Shown here one piece after another: positions 21,926 through 36,192 of a stretch of 64,000 nt of DNA. This DNA is from Malacoraja senta (Eukaryota): NCBI GenBank assembly GCA_038087875.1, contig CM075993.1, positions 124,001 through 188,000 on the forward strand. Reading direction: 5' to 3'. The position numbers and the translations under genes were made by a program. Numbering within the stretch: position 1 is the first letter of the stretch; each line of letters begins with the position of its first letter. Under the pieces are notes generated by a model that was not told the DNA's origin, did no database searches, and saw only the letters and a program-made list of their open reading frames with translations.

Positions 21926-24003
21926 GATGGAACTTTTATCATCGTTTCGTGCCGGCAGGTGCCAGGATCATGCGCCCTCTGTAGCAGTGTCTCGCCGGTA
22001 AGCCACGGGACCTCATGTGGACCGCCGAGGCTGAGGCTGTGTTTGACGGCGCGAAGGAGGCGCTGGCCAAAGCCACCATGCTAGTGCACCCGCGGGCATG
22101 GTAGATGCCTCTGATACAGCTGTGGGAGGGGTGCTCGAGCAGCTAATTGACGTCCGCTGGCCTTTTTCAGCCGTCATCTGCGGCCCCCCGAGCGCAACTA
22201 CAGTGCATTCGACCGGGAGTTCCTCGTCCTGTACCTGGCTATCCGACATTTTCGATATTTTCTGGAGGGCAGGTCGTTCACGGCTTTCACTGACCACAAG
22301 CCCTTAACGTTCGCTTTGGCCAAGGTGTCCAACCTCTGGTCTGCTGGACAGCAGCGACACCTGCCGTTCGTGTCAGAGTTCACAACGGATGTCCAGCACG
22401 TGGCCGGGAAGCTCAACACGGTTGCCGGTGCCCTGTCTTGCCCCGCCCTCCCGGCTGTGGCGACCATGGACCACGGAGGGGATTATGTGGGGCTCGCCGA
22501 AGCACAGCGCACGGGTGACGATGGACGGCTACAGGGCGGCTGTTTCTGGGTTGCGTTTGGCCGACGTCCCTTTTGGCTCAATGGGAGTGTTGGTCCTTTG
22601 CGATGTGTCCACGGGGAGTCCACACCCTATTGTCCCTGTGCATTGGCGGCGCCGGATTTTCGACGCCATCCATGGCCTGGCCCACTCTTCAATCCGGGTG
22701 ACTTCCGCGCTGGTGGCGGACTAATTAGTCTGGCAGGGCGTCTGTAAGCAGGTCGCGGCTTGGGCCAGAGCCTGCATCCGCTGCCAGACATCAAAGGACC
22801 AGTTATGTGCGGGCTCCAATACAAGACTTTGTAGTTCCCTCAGGACGTTTCCTGCACATCCACGTAGATTTGGTGGCTCCACTGCCGCCATCTCCTCACT
22901 GTCGTGGATCATTTTACGAGGTGGCCTGAGGATATACCGCTGTCGGACACCTCCGCTGCGTCTTGTTCTCAGGCTCTCGCTGCCCATTGGATTGCCCGTT
23001 TTGGGCTGCACTGGCGCAACTGTACGGGGCGCAGTTGCACCACACCACCGCCAATCACCCTCAGGCCAACGGGTTAGTGGAACGTTTCCACCGGCACCTG
23101 AAATCGGCGCAGAAGGCACAGCTCACTGGTCCGGACTGGGTCGACCAGTTGCCTTGGGTGTTGTTAGGCAATTGTACGGCTCCTAAAGCGGACCTGGACT
23201 TGTTGTCTGCTGAGCTGGTGTATGGCTCTCCGTTGCAGATTCCAGGGGATTTCCTTCCTGCGGCTCGGGGGCAGCCGGAGCCTGCCTCGGCCGTTTTGTC
23301 GAGTCTCCGGGAGAAAGTGAGCGGACTGGCTCCCGTCTCTACCTCGCGGCATGGGACAGCCCCAGTGTATGTGTCGCCGGACCTTAAGAACTGCCTGTTT
23401 GTATTCTTCCGCAGGGATTCGTACCGGTCTCCGCTGCTGCAGCAGATTTACGAGGGTCCGTTCCGGGTGTTGCACCCCGGCATCGCGACTTTTCTGCTGG
23501 ATGTCGGGGGCAAGGAGGAGATCGTCTCGGTCGCTCGCCTTAAGCCTGCCCACCTGGATGTCGACAGCCCGGTGATGGTTGCTCAACCTCGGCGTAGGGG
23601 CCGTCCGCTGGTCATTCTGGTGGCACCGGTTGTGCCTCCTTCACCCGTTGCTCGTGTTTCTCCTGTACCGTTCCCTGGCTCCGTTTCGCCAGTCCCACCT
23701 GTATCGCCCGTCCCGTCCTTTGTTTCCACACGGTCCGGTCGCCGTGTCCGGCCTCCCGCTCGGTTCCGTACCTCAGGTTCTGGGGGGGGGGTCATGTAGC
23801 GGCATCTAGTGGTGGCCTGGGGAATGACAAACCCTCGCTATTGGCTGGCGCAGTCACGTGATCGTGGGCTTTTGGTAAAGCATTCAATCGAGCTCCACCC
23901 TGTTCTTAGGAGCTGCATTATTTTGGCTGTTTAAAACCCACTCGAGTAAATCGCTTTATTTTCATTAAAATAAAGAATTTTACTTTTCTCGCCAAAACAT
24001 ACA
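21926..24003 (+). mobile_element. Ty3/Gypsy retrotransposon 3' part: decayed RT-RNase H-integrase, PPT and 209-bp 3' LTR
   Basis: VDASDTAVGGVLEQ, TDHKPL, HPQANGLVERFHR and YEGPFRV; G10 PPT at 23782-23791; LTR TGTA(23795)...TACA(24003) with AATAAA at 23969. Confidence 0.88.
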
Positions 24004-24170
24004 AAGTGGGCTGCTCGGCTGTACTTTCTCCAGGGTGATCTTGTTGTTGGTGAAAGGATCCCATACGGTCCACAATACTCCAATTTGGTTGTTAAAGAAG
24101 GAACTGCAGATGCTGGAAAATCGAAGGTACACAAAAATGCTGGAGAAACTCAGCGGGTGCAGCAGCATCT

Positions 24171-25556
24171 ATAATAATAATAATAATAGATTTTATTTAT
24201 ATAGCGCTTTTCAGGATTCAAAGTCGCTTTACATTGAGAGTCAAGAATAAACAAAACAAAATAGAGCAGTAAGACAGAGATGCAAAGGGGAGGGGAACAT
24301 GTGACTAAGGGTATGCAGAGGTGAAGAGATGGGTCTTGAGGCGGGACTGGAAGATGGTGAGGGACTCAGAATTTCGGACCAGTTGTGGGAGGTAATTCCA
24401 GAGCCTGGGAGCTGCCCTGGAGAAGGCTCTGCCTCCAAAAGTGCAGAGGTTTGATTTCGGAATGGAGAGATCAGCTGATGTGGATCTGAGGGACCGTGAG
24501 GGTTGGTAGGGGGAGAGGAGGTCAGTGAAATAAGGGGGGGCCAAGTTGTTGAGGGCTTTGTAGGTGAGGACCAGGATTTTGTAGGTGATCCGGTGGGAAA
24601 TGGGAAGCCAGTGAAGTTCTTTGAGAACTGGGGTGATGTGGTGCCAGGATTTGGTGTGGGTAATGAGTCGAGCGGCTGCATTCTGGACCAGTTGGAGTCG
24701 GTTGATGCTGCTGGAATTGATTCCAAAGAGAAGAGAGTTACAGTAGTACAGTCGGGAGGAGATGAAGGCATGGATGAGTCTTTCAGCAGCGGGGGGTGTG
24801 AGAGAGGGTCTGATTTTGGCAATGTTGCGGAGGTGAAAAAATGATGTTTTGACTACATGGCGGATGTGAGGCTCATGGGAGAGGGTTGAGTCAAAGATCA
24901 CGCCAAGGTTGCGTGCCTGAGGAGATGGGGAGACAGTGGTGCCATCAATAGTGAGAGTGGGGTTGTTAATTTTAGTGAGTGTTGATTTGGAGCCAATGAG
25001 GAGAAATTCTGTTTTGCTACTGTTTAATTTAAGGAAGTTGAGTTGCATCCAAGATTTGATGGCTGATAGGCAGGAGTTGATATGGGAGAGAGGGGGGTGG
25101 TGGGGGGACTTGGTGCTGAGATAGATCTGGGTGTCATCAGCATAGCAGTGGAAGTCCAGGTTGAAGTGACGGAGTATATGACCAAGGGGGAGGATGTAGA
25201 TGATGAAGGGGAGGGGACCAAGAACGGAGCCTTGGGGAACGCCTTGAGTGACAGTGGCTGTGGCAGAGGTGTGGTTATAGAGAGAGATGAAGTGGGATCG
25301 GTTGGAAAGGTAGGAACGGAGCCAGCTGAGTGCAGAACCTTCAATGCCAAGGTCCCTAAGTCTGGTGAGCAGGATGTTATGGTTGACGGTATCGAAGGCT
25401 GCACTCAGGTCGAGGAGGATGAGGATATTGAGGGAGCCAGTGTCAGCAGAGGTAAGGAGGTCATTGAGGACTTTGAGGAGAGCAGTTTCTGTGCTATGGA
25501 GGGGGTGAAAGCCAGATTGGAGAGGTTCGAATAGGTTATACGCAAGGAGGTGGGAA
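24171..25556 (-). mobile_element. L2 LINE RT region, truncated by the gap
   Basis: [25 protein letters not shown] and LHWLP in an open frame; (TTA)n tail. Confidence 0.9.
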
Positions 25557-25756
25557 NNNNNNNNNNNNNNNNNNNNNNNNNNNNNNNNNNNNNNNNNNNN
25601 NNNNNNNNNNNNNNNNNNNNNNNNNNNNNNNNNNNNNNNNNNNNNNNNNNNNNNNNNNNNNNNNNNNNNNNNNNNNNNNNNNNNNNNNNNNNNNNNNNNN
25701 NNNNNNNNNNNNNNNNNNNNNNNNNNNNNNNNNNNNNNNNNNNNNNNNNNNNNNNN
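25557..25756. other. Assembly gap (200 N)
   Basis: Run of exactly 200 N. Confidence 1.
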
Positions 25757-28700
25757 GTGGATTGTCCTGTGCAACCCCAAGAGGGATTGGATAGCACGCA
25801 ACAAAAGCCTTTCACTGTACCTCAGTACACATGACAATATAAACCAAACTAGACTAAAGTAAACCAGATTAATCTAAACTAAACTAAACTAAAACAGATA
25901 AAATGAACATCAGGAACTCGAGTGCCGTTCGTGTAAAACCATCGGATTTGAAGAGACATCTGTGGGGAGCACACCGGAATTTCTCACTCCGTCCAACAAA
26001 GGCCATTTTAAAAGCCACTAGCCACTCCGCCAGCGCTCTCATCTGTATTTGGGATTTCATCATCAACATTTCCCAGGGGAGAATCCACGGCGTTTAAGAA
26101 ATTTGTCAGGTTCTGACTCAACACCATCTGGAGGAGATCTGGGGCCACAAGAAGTTCCACCAAGTTGTTCCTCAACAGCTTCTCCAGCGCCAGGTGTGGA
26201 CGGTCATGTAGAACGTGGAGCAAGATTGGCCTTTGGGATCTTCAACCATGTGTTATTCCAGTCCATAGTGATCATCAACCTCTGCTATCTGCTGTTGTCC
26301 TTAACTCACCTGGTGAATGGAGACTTGAAGGATGTAGTGTACCTGGACTTTCAGAAAGCATTTGATAAGGTCCCACATAGGAGATTATTGGGCAAAATTA
26401 GGGCACATAGTATTGGGGGTAGAGTGCTTACATGGATAGAAAATTGGTTGGCAGACAGGAAACAAAGAGTAGGGATTAACGGGTCCCTTTCAGAATGGCA
26501 GGCAGTGACTAGGGTGAAAAGTTGGGAAAAGTGGAAGTACAACGGAATCTGGGGGGTCCTTGTTCATGTCAATGAAAGTAAGCATGCAGGTACAGCAGGC
26601 AGTGAAGAAAGCGAATGGCATGTTGGCCTTCATAACAAGAGGAAGTTGTGTATCGGAGCAAAGAGGTCCTTCTGCAGTTGTATAGGGCCCTGGTGAGACC
26701 ACACCTGGAGTATTGTGTGCAGTTCTGGTCTCCAAATTTGAGGAAGGACATTATTGCTATTGAGTTAATTCCCAGGATGGTGGGACTGTCATATGCTGAG
26801 AGAATGGAGTGGCTGGGCTTGTATACTCTAGAATTTAGAAAGATGAGGGGGGATCTTATTGAAACATATAAGATTATGAAGGGTTTGGACACTAGAGACG
26901 GGAATCATGTTGCCGATGTTGGGGGAGTCCAGAACCAGGGGCCACAGTTTAAGAATAAGGGGTAAGCTATTTAGAACAGAGATGGGGAAACTCTTTTTCA
27001 CACAGAGTTGTGAGTCTGTGGAATTCTCTGCCTCAGAGGGCAGTGGAGGCCGGTACTCTGGAAACTTTCAAGAATGAGCTCGATAGGGCTCTTAAAGATA
27101 GCGGAGTCAAGGGAATATGGGGAGAAGGCAGGAACGGGGTACTGATTGTGGATAATCAGCCATGATCACATCGAATGGCGGTGCTGGCTCGAAGGGCCGA
27201 ATGGCCTATCCTGCACCTATTGCCTATTGAAGCAAGGTTGTGTCCCAGCTCCCATGCTGTTCGGCATCTTCCTATCTGCCTTCTGTCCTTTGTCTTCACG
27301 ACTGACACAGGAGCGTATCTTCGCACTAGAAGCGACAGGAACCTCTTCATTCTAGCAATGCTGAATGGTTCTTTATTAGTAATATTTACCGAGCTAAAGT
27401 GAAATTCATTTCTGTATGCACTTTAATACATGCATCACCATACATAATCACTTTGACAAATCTTAAATAAGCATCTCGGATATGGTACAAGTGTATAACA
27501 GTAGTAGATTGAGATAGTAGACAGAGAGGCCAGGTTTGGTGCCATTTTTCAAGTCTCAGTTTGTAAGTGTAAGCTAGCCAAGAATATAAAGGAGGATAGT
27601 AAAAGCTTCTTTAGGTATGTGAAGAGGAAAAAAATAGTTAAGACCACAGTTGGACCCTTGAAGATTGAAAAGGGTGAATTTATTATGGGGAACAAGGAAA
27701 TGGCAGATGTGTTGAACAGGTACTTTGGATCCGTCTTCACTAAGGAAGACACAAATAATCTTCCTGATGTACTGGTGGCCAGAGGATCTGGGGTGACGGA
27801 GGGCTGAAGGAAATTCACATTAGGCAGCTAATGGTGTTGGGGAAACTGATGGGACTGAAGGCTGATAAATCCCCAGGGCCTGATGGTCTGCATCCCAGGG
27901 CACTTAAGGAAGTGGCTCTAGAAATTGTGGACGCATTGGTGATAATTTTCCAATGTTCTATAGATTCAGGATCAGTTCCTGTGGATTGGATGGTAACTAA
28001 TGTTATCCCAATTTTTAAGAAAGACGGGAGAGAGAAAACAAGGAATTATAGACCAGATAGCATGGCATCAGTGGTGGGGAAGATGCTGGAGTCAATTATA
28101 AAAGATGAAATAGCTGCACATTTAGATAGCAGTATAGGGCCTGTCCCACTTTGCGATTTTTTAGGTGACTGCGAGCATCAGTGACTGACACCCGTAAAAC
28201 CGTCAAGTTGTACGACATACACGCTGATGTATGCTGTCCTGCGTGTGACGCCCGGTTAGGGATAGGATCAGGGTTGGGGTTAGGGCCAGGGTTTGGGTTA
28301 GGGACCACAGATGGGCTGTAAAATATTCTTCCTTCAATGCATGGATTTTCAACATCAATATATTAAAATTAATACAATAAAATCAATTGTGCAAATGAAA
28401 AGATGTCTGAGTCGTTCAGTTTTATTTACAGATGTATTGGTCCGCTTCAAGATCCAATCACCGTCTCTAACTTTTCACAGGGATGGATTCAGTGAGTGTA
28501 GACTGAACTCCCCTCTCCCCTCCACTGCCTTCTTCCCCCATCCCACCCCATCCCTCCTTCTCCACAACCACCCTACCCTTGTCCACTCCTCTCTCCCCCC
28601 CTTCTTCCCTTCTCCCTACTCCTCTTCTCCCCCTTCTCCACTCCCCCACCTCCCCTCACATCCCCTTCTCCTCTCCCTCCCTTCTCCCATTCTTCAACCC

Positions 28701-31700
28701 CCCCACCCACTTTCCCCAATGCCCCCCATTTGTGCACCCAGCCTGCGACCAGCGAATACCCGCATACTATCCCACACATGCTAGGCACAATTTATACAAA
28801 ACCTAACCCTAACCTAACCCTAAACCTAACCATAACTCTAACACTAAGACTAATCCTAACTCTAGGTTGATAGGCTTGGTATAAGTATAAATTGTCCCTA
28901 GCGTGCGTGGGATAGTGTGCGGGGGATCGCTGGTCGGTGCGGACTTGGTGGGCTGAAGGGCACTGTATCTCTGAACTAAATGTGATACAGGGGTGCCAGG
29001 GGTTGGACTCGGACCCCCAATTTTCTGCCTGCTCATGGGAACTAAACTGTTGGCCATGAGTTGTCCCAGAGGGCAGATCTCTCTCCCAATGGTCTCCAAA
29101 CCCCCAGAGGCAGCGGGCTTTTCAACTGGGTACAGTTGAAAACATAGAAACATAGAAAATAGGTGCAGGAGTAGGCCATTCGGCCCTTCGAGCCATTCAA
29201 TATGATCATGGCTGATCATCCAACTCAGTATCCTGTACCTGCTTTCTCTCCATACCCCCTGATCCCTTTAGCCACAAGGGCCACATCTAACTCCCTCTTA
29301 AATATAGCCAATGAACTGGCCTCAACTACATTCTGTGGCAGAGAATTCCAGAGATTCACCACTCTCTGTGTAAAAAATGTTTTTTTTCTCATCTCAGTCC
29401 TAAAAGGTTTCCCCTTTATCCTTAAACTGTGACCCCTTGTTCTGGACTTCCCCAACATCGGGAACAATCTTTCTGCATCTAGTCTGTCCAACCCCTTAAG
29501 AATTTTGTAAGTTTCTATAAGATCCCCCCTCAATCTTCTGAATTCCAGTGAGTACAAGCCGAGTCTATCCAGTCTTTCCTCATATGAAAGTCCTGACATC
29601 CCAGAAATCAGTCTGGTGAACCTTCTCTGTACTCCCTCTATGGCAAGAATGTCCTTCCTCAGATTAGGAGACCAAAACTGTACGCAATACTCCAGGTGTG
29701 GTCTCACCAAGACCCTGTACAACTGCAGTAGAACCTCCCTGCTCTTATACTCAAATCCTTTTGCTATGAATGCTAACATACCATTCTTCACTGCCTGCTG
29801 CACCTGCCTTTCTTCACTGCCTGCTGCACCTGCATGCCTACTTTGAATGACTGGTGTACCATGACACCCAGGTCTCGTTGCATCTCCCCTTTTCCTAATC
29901 GGCCACCATTCAGGTAATAGTCTACTTTCCTGTTTTTGCCACCAAAGTGGATAACCTCACATTTATCCACATTATACTGCATCTGCCATGCATTAGCCCA
30001 CTCACCCAGCCTATGCAAGTCATCTTGCAGCCTCCTAGTACCCTCCTCACAGCTAACACTGCCCCCCCAGCTTCGTGTCATCCGCAAACCTGGAGATGTT
30101 GCATTCAATTCCCTTGTCCAAATCATTAATATATATTGTAAATAGCTGGGGTCCCAGCACTGAGCCTTGCGGTACCCCACTAGTCACTGCCTGCCATTTA
30201 CTCCTACTCTTTGCTTCCTGTCTGCCAGCCAGTTCTCTATCCACATCAATACTGAACCCCCAATACCGTGTGCTTTAAGTTGTGGGACCTTGTCGAAAGC
30301 CTTCTGAAAGTCCAAGTAGGTAAATCCATAATGGACATGATCTTCTCCCTGCGTCAAATACAAGGAAAATGTCAAGAGCAGCAAACCCCATGTTCATCGC
30401 GTTTGTGGATGTTACGAAAGCTTAGAGGTGGTCATAAGTTTTGTGTGTGATTGCATTGATGTGCTGGACCCAGGACAGATCTTCTGAGATATGGACAACC
30501 AGGAACTTGCAACATAACATTCTGCACCACTGTCCCATGAATGAAGACAAGTTTGTGGATCATTGGCTTTCCCCTCCTGAGGTCATCGACCATCTGTCAT
30601 GTTTCTTGTGATTGACCAGAGGACAATATCTGACGAGACGGCCATGGACCAGGGCTGGCACGCAGAAGCTTCATCACACCTGACCCTGCTGTGTTGCTAA
30701 GGAAGATCTGGTATCCCTGGGAATGTGGAGCTGATCCTCTGTAAACTGCTCTCAGTGGAAGACCATGATGAAGGTGCATTTATAGAGCTCGGCTGTCAGC
30801 AAAGTTGGAGCAGAAAACTGCTGGAGGAACTCAGTGGGTCAGGCTGCATCTGTGGAGAGAATGGACAGACAATGTTTGGATCAGGACCCTTCAAGACTCC
30901 ATTCTTGTCTCCATTTACCAGGTTGGATTATGATGACAGGGAATGGCCAAGATTGATGATCACCATGGACAGGAGTGACAGATGATTGAAGATCCTGAAG
31001 ACCCAATTATTTTGCTTCACGTTCTCTGTGACCTTCCACACCTGGAGCTGGAGAAGCTGTTGAGGAACATCTTGGTGGGATTTCTTGTGGCCATGGATCT
31101 CCTCCATATTGTTTGAAGGGACAAACATGACAGATGTGTGTGCCGGCGGTCGGTCGAGGACGCGCCGCTGAGAGAACACGGCATCTGCGGAGGGAATGGA
31201 CAGATGAGGTTTGGATCGGAAACCTTCGAAACTCCATTCTTGTCTCCAGGTCGGTTTCTGACGACAGGAAATGGCCAAGTTTGATGATCACCGTGGACTT
31301 GAATGACAGATCCTTGAAGATCCCGAAGGCCCAATCTTGCTCCACATTCAACGTCACTTTCCACACCAGGCGCTGGAGAAGCTGTTGAGGAACAAATTGG
31401 TGGGACTTCTTGTCGGCCCGGATATCCTCCAGACGGTGTGAAGGGGAAAGCATGAAACATCTGCCGACTGGTGTGGTCGCCAGCTGTTTGTGAGGAAGTT
31501 TCCCTCCGAAGACTTGCAAAAAAATGCCACTGGGGCAGATGATGAGTCAGAGCTGGACGAGTTTGACAAATTTCTTAAACGGTGTGGATTCTCCTGTGCA
31601 ACTCCAAGAGGGATTGGATAGCACGCAACAGAAGCTCAAAAACAGAGAAAATGGATGTCAGGAACCCGAGCCGTTCGTGTAAAACTATCGGATATGAAGC

Positions 31701-34700
31701 CACATCGGTGGGGACCACACCGGAATTTCTCAGTCCAACAAAGGCCCTTTTAAGAGCCACCACTAGAAAGAGCTACAACCTCTTCCCCGCCCACGCTCTC
31801 ATCTGCATTTGGGATTTCATCGTCAACATTTCCCACAAATGGCAGCGATCTGTTGCACGTAAGAATCCACGGCATTTAAGAAATTTGTTAAACTCGTCTG
31901 GCTCTGACTCATCATCTACCCCAGTGGCATTTTCCTGCAAGTCTTCGGAGGGAAAGTTACTCCGAAGACTTGGATCCATAATGGACATGATATTCTCCCT
32001 GCGTCAACTCCAAGAAAAATGACAAGAGCAGCAAACCCCATTGTGGATTTTACAAAAGCTTTTGATTCCGTCAGCAGACACGGCCTCTATCAGCTACTGG
32101 AGAAGTTTAGATGTCCACCACGTCTTCTGATCCTCCTTCCATGAGAACATGCATCAACAGTGGAATTTGATGAAGCTACATCGGACAGTTTTCCCATGAG
32201 AAGTGGAGTGAAGCAAGGCTGTGTCCCAACTCCCATGGTGTTCGGCATCTTCCGATCTGCCCTTCTGCCCTTTGCCTTCCCAACAGGCGCGGAAGACGTG
32301 TATCTTCAAACCAGAAGTGATGGGATGCTCTTCAATGTGGCAATGTTGAAAGCCAAGACGAAGATGAGATCTGTGCTTATAAGGAACTCCAGCCCACTGA
32401 TGATGCTACACTCAGTTCCCCAAAAGAAGAAGGACTTCAGGGACTGATGGAACTTTTATCATCGTTTCGTGCCGGCAGGTGCCAGGATCATGCGCCCTCT
32501 GTAGCAGTGTCTCGCCGGTAAGCCACGGGACCTCATGTGGACCGCCGAGGCTGAGGCTGTGTTTGACGGCGCGAAGGAGGCGCTGGCCAAAGCCACCATG
32601 CTAGTGCACCCGCGGGCATGGTAGATGCCTCTGATACAGCTGTGGGAGGGGTGCTCGAGCAGCTAATTGACGTCCGCTGGCCTTTTTCAGCCGTCATCTG
32701 CGGCCCCCCGAGCGCAACTACAGTGCATTCGACCGGGAGTTCCTCGTCCTGTACCTGGCTATCCGACATTTTCGATATTTTCTGGAGGGCAGGTCGTTCA
32801 CGGCTTTCACTGACCACAAGCCCTTAACGTTCGCTTTGGCCAAGGTGTCCAACCTCTGGTCTGCTGGACAGCAGCGACACCTGCCGTTCGTGTCAGAGTT
32901 CACAACGGATGTCCAGCACGTGGCCGGGAAGCTCAACACGGTTGCCGGTGCCCTGTCTTGCCCCGCCCTCCCGGCTGTGGCGACCATGGACCACGGAGGG
33001 GATTATGTGGGGCTCGCCGAAGCACAGCGCACGGGTGACGATGGACGGCTACAGGGCGGCTGTTTCTGGGTTGCGTTTGGCCGACGTCCCTTTTGGCTCA
33101 ATGGGAGTGTTGGTCCTTTGCGATGTGTCCACGGGGAGTCCACACCCTATTGTCCCTGTGCATTGGCGGCGCCGGATTTTCGACGCCATCCATGGCCTGG
33201 CCCACTCTTCAATCCGGGTGACTTCCGCGCTGGTGGCGGACTAATTAGTCTGGCAGGGCGTCTGTAAGCAGGTCGCGGCTTGGGCCAGAGCCTGCATCCG
33301 CTGCCAGACATCAAAGGACCAGTTATGTGCGGGCTCCAATACAAGACTTTGTAGTTCCCTCAGGACGTTTCCTGCACATCCACGTAGATTTGGTGGCTCC
33401 ACTGCCGCCATCTCCTCACTGTCGTGGATCATTTTACGAGGTGGCCTGAGGATATACCGCTGTCGGACACCTCCGCTGCGTCTTGTTCTCAGGCTCTCGC
33501 TGCCCATTGGATTGCCCGTTTTGGGCTGCACTGGCGCAACTGTACGGGGCGCAGTTGCACCACACCACCGCCAATCACCCTCAGGCCAACGGGTTAGTGG
33601 AACGTTTCCACCGGCACCTGAAATCGGCGCAGAAGGCACAGCTCACTGGTCCGGACTGGGTCGACCAGTTGCCTTGGGTGTTGTTAGGCAATTGTACGGC
33701 TCCTAAAGCGGACCTGGACTTGTTGTCTGCTGAGCTGGTGTATGGCTCTCCGTTGCAGATTCCAGGGGATTTCCTTCCTGCGGCTCGGGGGCAGCCGGAG
33801 CCTGCCTCGGCCGTTTTGTCGAGTCTCCGGGAGAAAGTGAGCGGACTGGCTCCCGTCTCTACCTCGCGGCATGGGACAGCCCCAGTGTATGTGTCGCCGG
33901 ACCTTAAGAACTGCCTGTTTGTATTCTTCCGCAGGGATTCGTACCGGTCTCCGCTGCTGCAGCAGATTTACGAGGGTCCGTTCCGGGTGTTGCACCCCGG
34001 CATCGCGACTTTTCTGCTGGATGTCGGGGGCAAGGAGGAGATCGTCTCGGTCGCTCGCCTTAAGCCTGCCCACCTGGATGTCGACAGCCCGGTGATGGTT
34101 GCTCAACCTCGGCGTAGGGGCCGTCCGCTGGTCATTCTGGTGGCACCGGTTGTGCCTCCTTCACCCGTTGCTCGTGTTTCTCCTGTACCGTTCCCTGGCT
34201 CCGTTTCGCCAGTCCCACCTGTATCGCCCGTCCCGTCCTTTGTTTCCACACGGTCCGGTCGCCGTGTCCGGCCTCCCGCTCGGTTCCGTACCTCAGGTTC
34301 TGGGGGGGGGGTCATGTAGCGGCATCTAGTGGTGGCCTGGGGAATGACAAACCCTCGCTATTGGCTGGCGCAGTCACGTGATCGTGGGCTTTTGGTAAAG
34401 CATTCAATCGAGCTCCACCCTGTTCTTAGGAGCTGCATTATTTTGGCTGTTTAAAACCCACTCGAGTAAATCGCTTTATTTTCATTAAAATAAAGAATTT
34501 TACTTTTCTCGCCAAAACATACAAAGTGGGCTGCTCGGCTGTACTTTCTCCAGGGTGATCTTGTTGTTGGTGAAAGGATCCCATACGGTCCACAATACTC
34601 CAATTTGGTTGTTAAAGAAGGAACTGCAGATGCTGGAAAATCGAAGGTACACAAAAATGCTGGAGAAACTCAGCGGGTGCAGCAGCATCTATAATAATAA

Positions 34701-36079
34701 TAATAATAGATTTTATTTATATAGCGCTTTTCAGGATTCAAAGTCGCTTTACATTGAGAGTCAAGAATAAACAAAACAAAATAGAGCAGTAAGACAGAGA
34801 TGCAAAGGGGAGGGGAACATGTGACTAAGGGTATGCAGAGGTGAAGAGATGGGTCTTGAGGCGGGACTGGAAGATGGTGAGGGACTCAGAATTTCGGACC
34901 AGTTGTGGGAGGTAATTCCAGAGCCTGGGAGCTGCCCTGGAGAAGGCTCTGCCTCCAAAAGTGCAGAGGTTTGATTTCGGAATGGAGAGGAGATCAGCTG
35001 ATGTGGATCTGAGGGACCGTGAGGGTTGGTAGGGGGAGAGGAGGTCAGTGAAATAAGGGGGGGCCAAGTTGTTGAGGGCTTTGTAGGTGAGGACCAGGAT
35101 TTTGTAGGTGATCCGGTGGGAAATGGGAAGCCAGTGAAGTTCTTTGAGAACTGGGGTGATGTGGTGCCAGGATTTGGTGTGGGTAATGAGTCGAGCGGCT
35201 GCATTCTGGACCAGTTGGAGTCGGTTGATGCTGCTGGAATTGATTCCAAAGAGAAGAGAGTTACAGTAGTACAGTCGGGAGGAGATGAAGGCATGGATGA
35301 GTCTTTCAGCAGCGGGGGGTGTGAGAGAGGGTCTGATTTTGGCAATGTTGCGGAGGTGAAAAAATGATGTTTTGACTACATGGCGGATGTGAGGCTCATG
35401 GGAGAGGGTTGAGTCAAAGATCACGCCAAGGTTGCGTGCCTGAGGAGATGGGGAGACAGTGGTGCCATCAATAGTGAGAGTGGGGTTGTTAATTTTAGTG
35501 AGTGTTGATTTGGAGCCAATGAGGAGAAATTCTGTTTTGCTACTGTTTAATTTAAGGAAGTTGAGTTGCATCCAAGATTTGATGGCTGATAGGCAGGAGT
35601 TGATATGGGAGAGAGGGGGGTGGTGGGGGGACTTGGTGCTGAGATAGATCTGGGTGTCATCAGCATAGCAGTGGAAGTCCAGGTTGAAGTGACGGAGTAT
35701 ATGACCAAGGGGGAGGATGTAGATGATGAAGGGGAGGGGACCAAGAACGGAGCCTTGGGGAACGCCTTGAGTGACAGTGGCTGTGGCAGAGGTGTGGTTA
35801 TAGAGAGAGATGAAGTGGGATCGGTTGGAAAGGTAGGAACGGAGCCAGCTGAGTGCAGAACCTTCAATGCCAAGGTCCCTAAGTCTGGTGAGCAGGATGT
35901 TATGGTTGACGGTATCGAAGGCTGCACTCAGGTCGAGGAGGATGAGGATATTGAGGGAGCCAGTGTCAGCAGAGGTAAGGAGGTCATTGAGGACTTTGAG
36001 GAGAGCAGTTTCTGTGCTATGGAGGGGGTGAAAGCCAGATTGGAGAGGTTCGAATAGGTTATACGCAAGGAGGTGGGAA
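25757..36079 (+). repeat. Near-identical second copy of 15237-25556
   Basis: The ORF track repeats at offset +10520, changing to +10523 after a 3-bp indel near 24468/34990. Confidence 0.97.
32446..34523 (+). mobile_element. Gypsy pol remnant and 3' LTR (duplicate copy)
   Basis: Same ORFs as 21926-24003 at +10520; ORF 33483-34319. Confidence 0.88.
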
Positions 36080-36192
36080 TGAAGATGTGACGCGACGATA
36101 CGCTCCAGGGTTTTTGAAAGAAAGGGGAGGTTTGAGATAGGGCGGTAGTTAATGAGAGAGGAGGGATCAAGACCAGGTTTCTTTAAGATAGT
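34691..36192 (-). mobile_element. L2 LINE, 5'-truncated, with an uninterrupted RT/C-terminal frame
   Basis: ILKKPGLDP...NYRPISNLPFLSK...YADDTQ...RLKTHLF open to the stop at 34825. Confidence 0.9.

Noticed and set aside
22963..23799. 278-aa integrase ORF as a domesticated gene
   Set aside because: The N-terminal part of the catalytic core is frameshifted, and the ORF is embedded in a decayed Gypsy pol followed by PPT and LTR.
24305..25837. ORFs spanning the N run
   Set aside because: Translation through an assembly gap.
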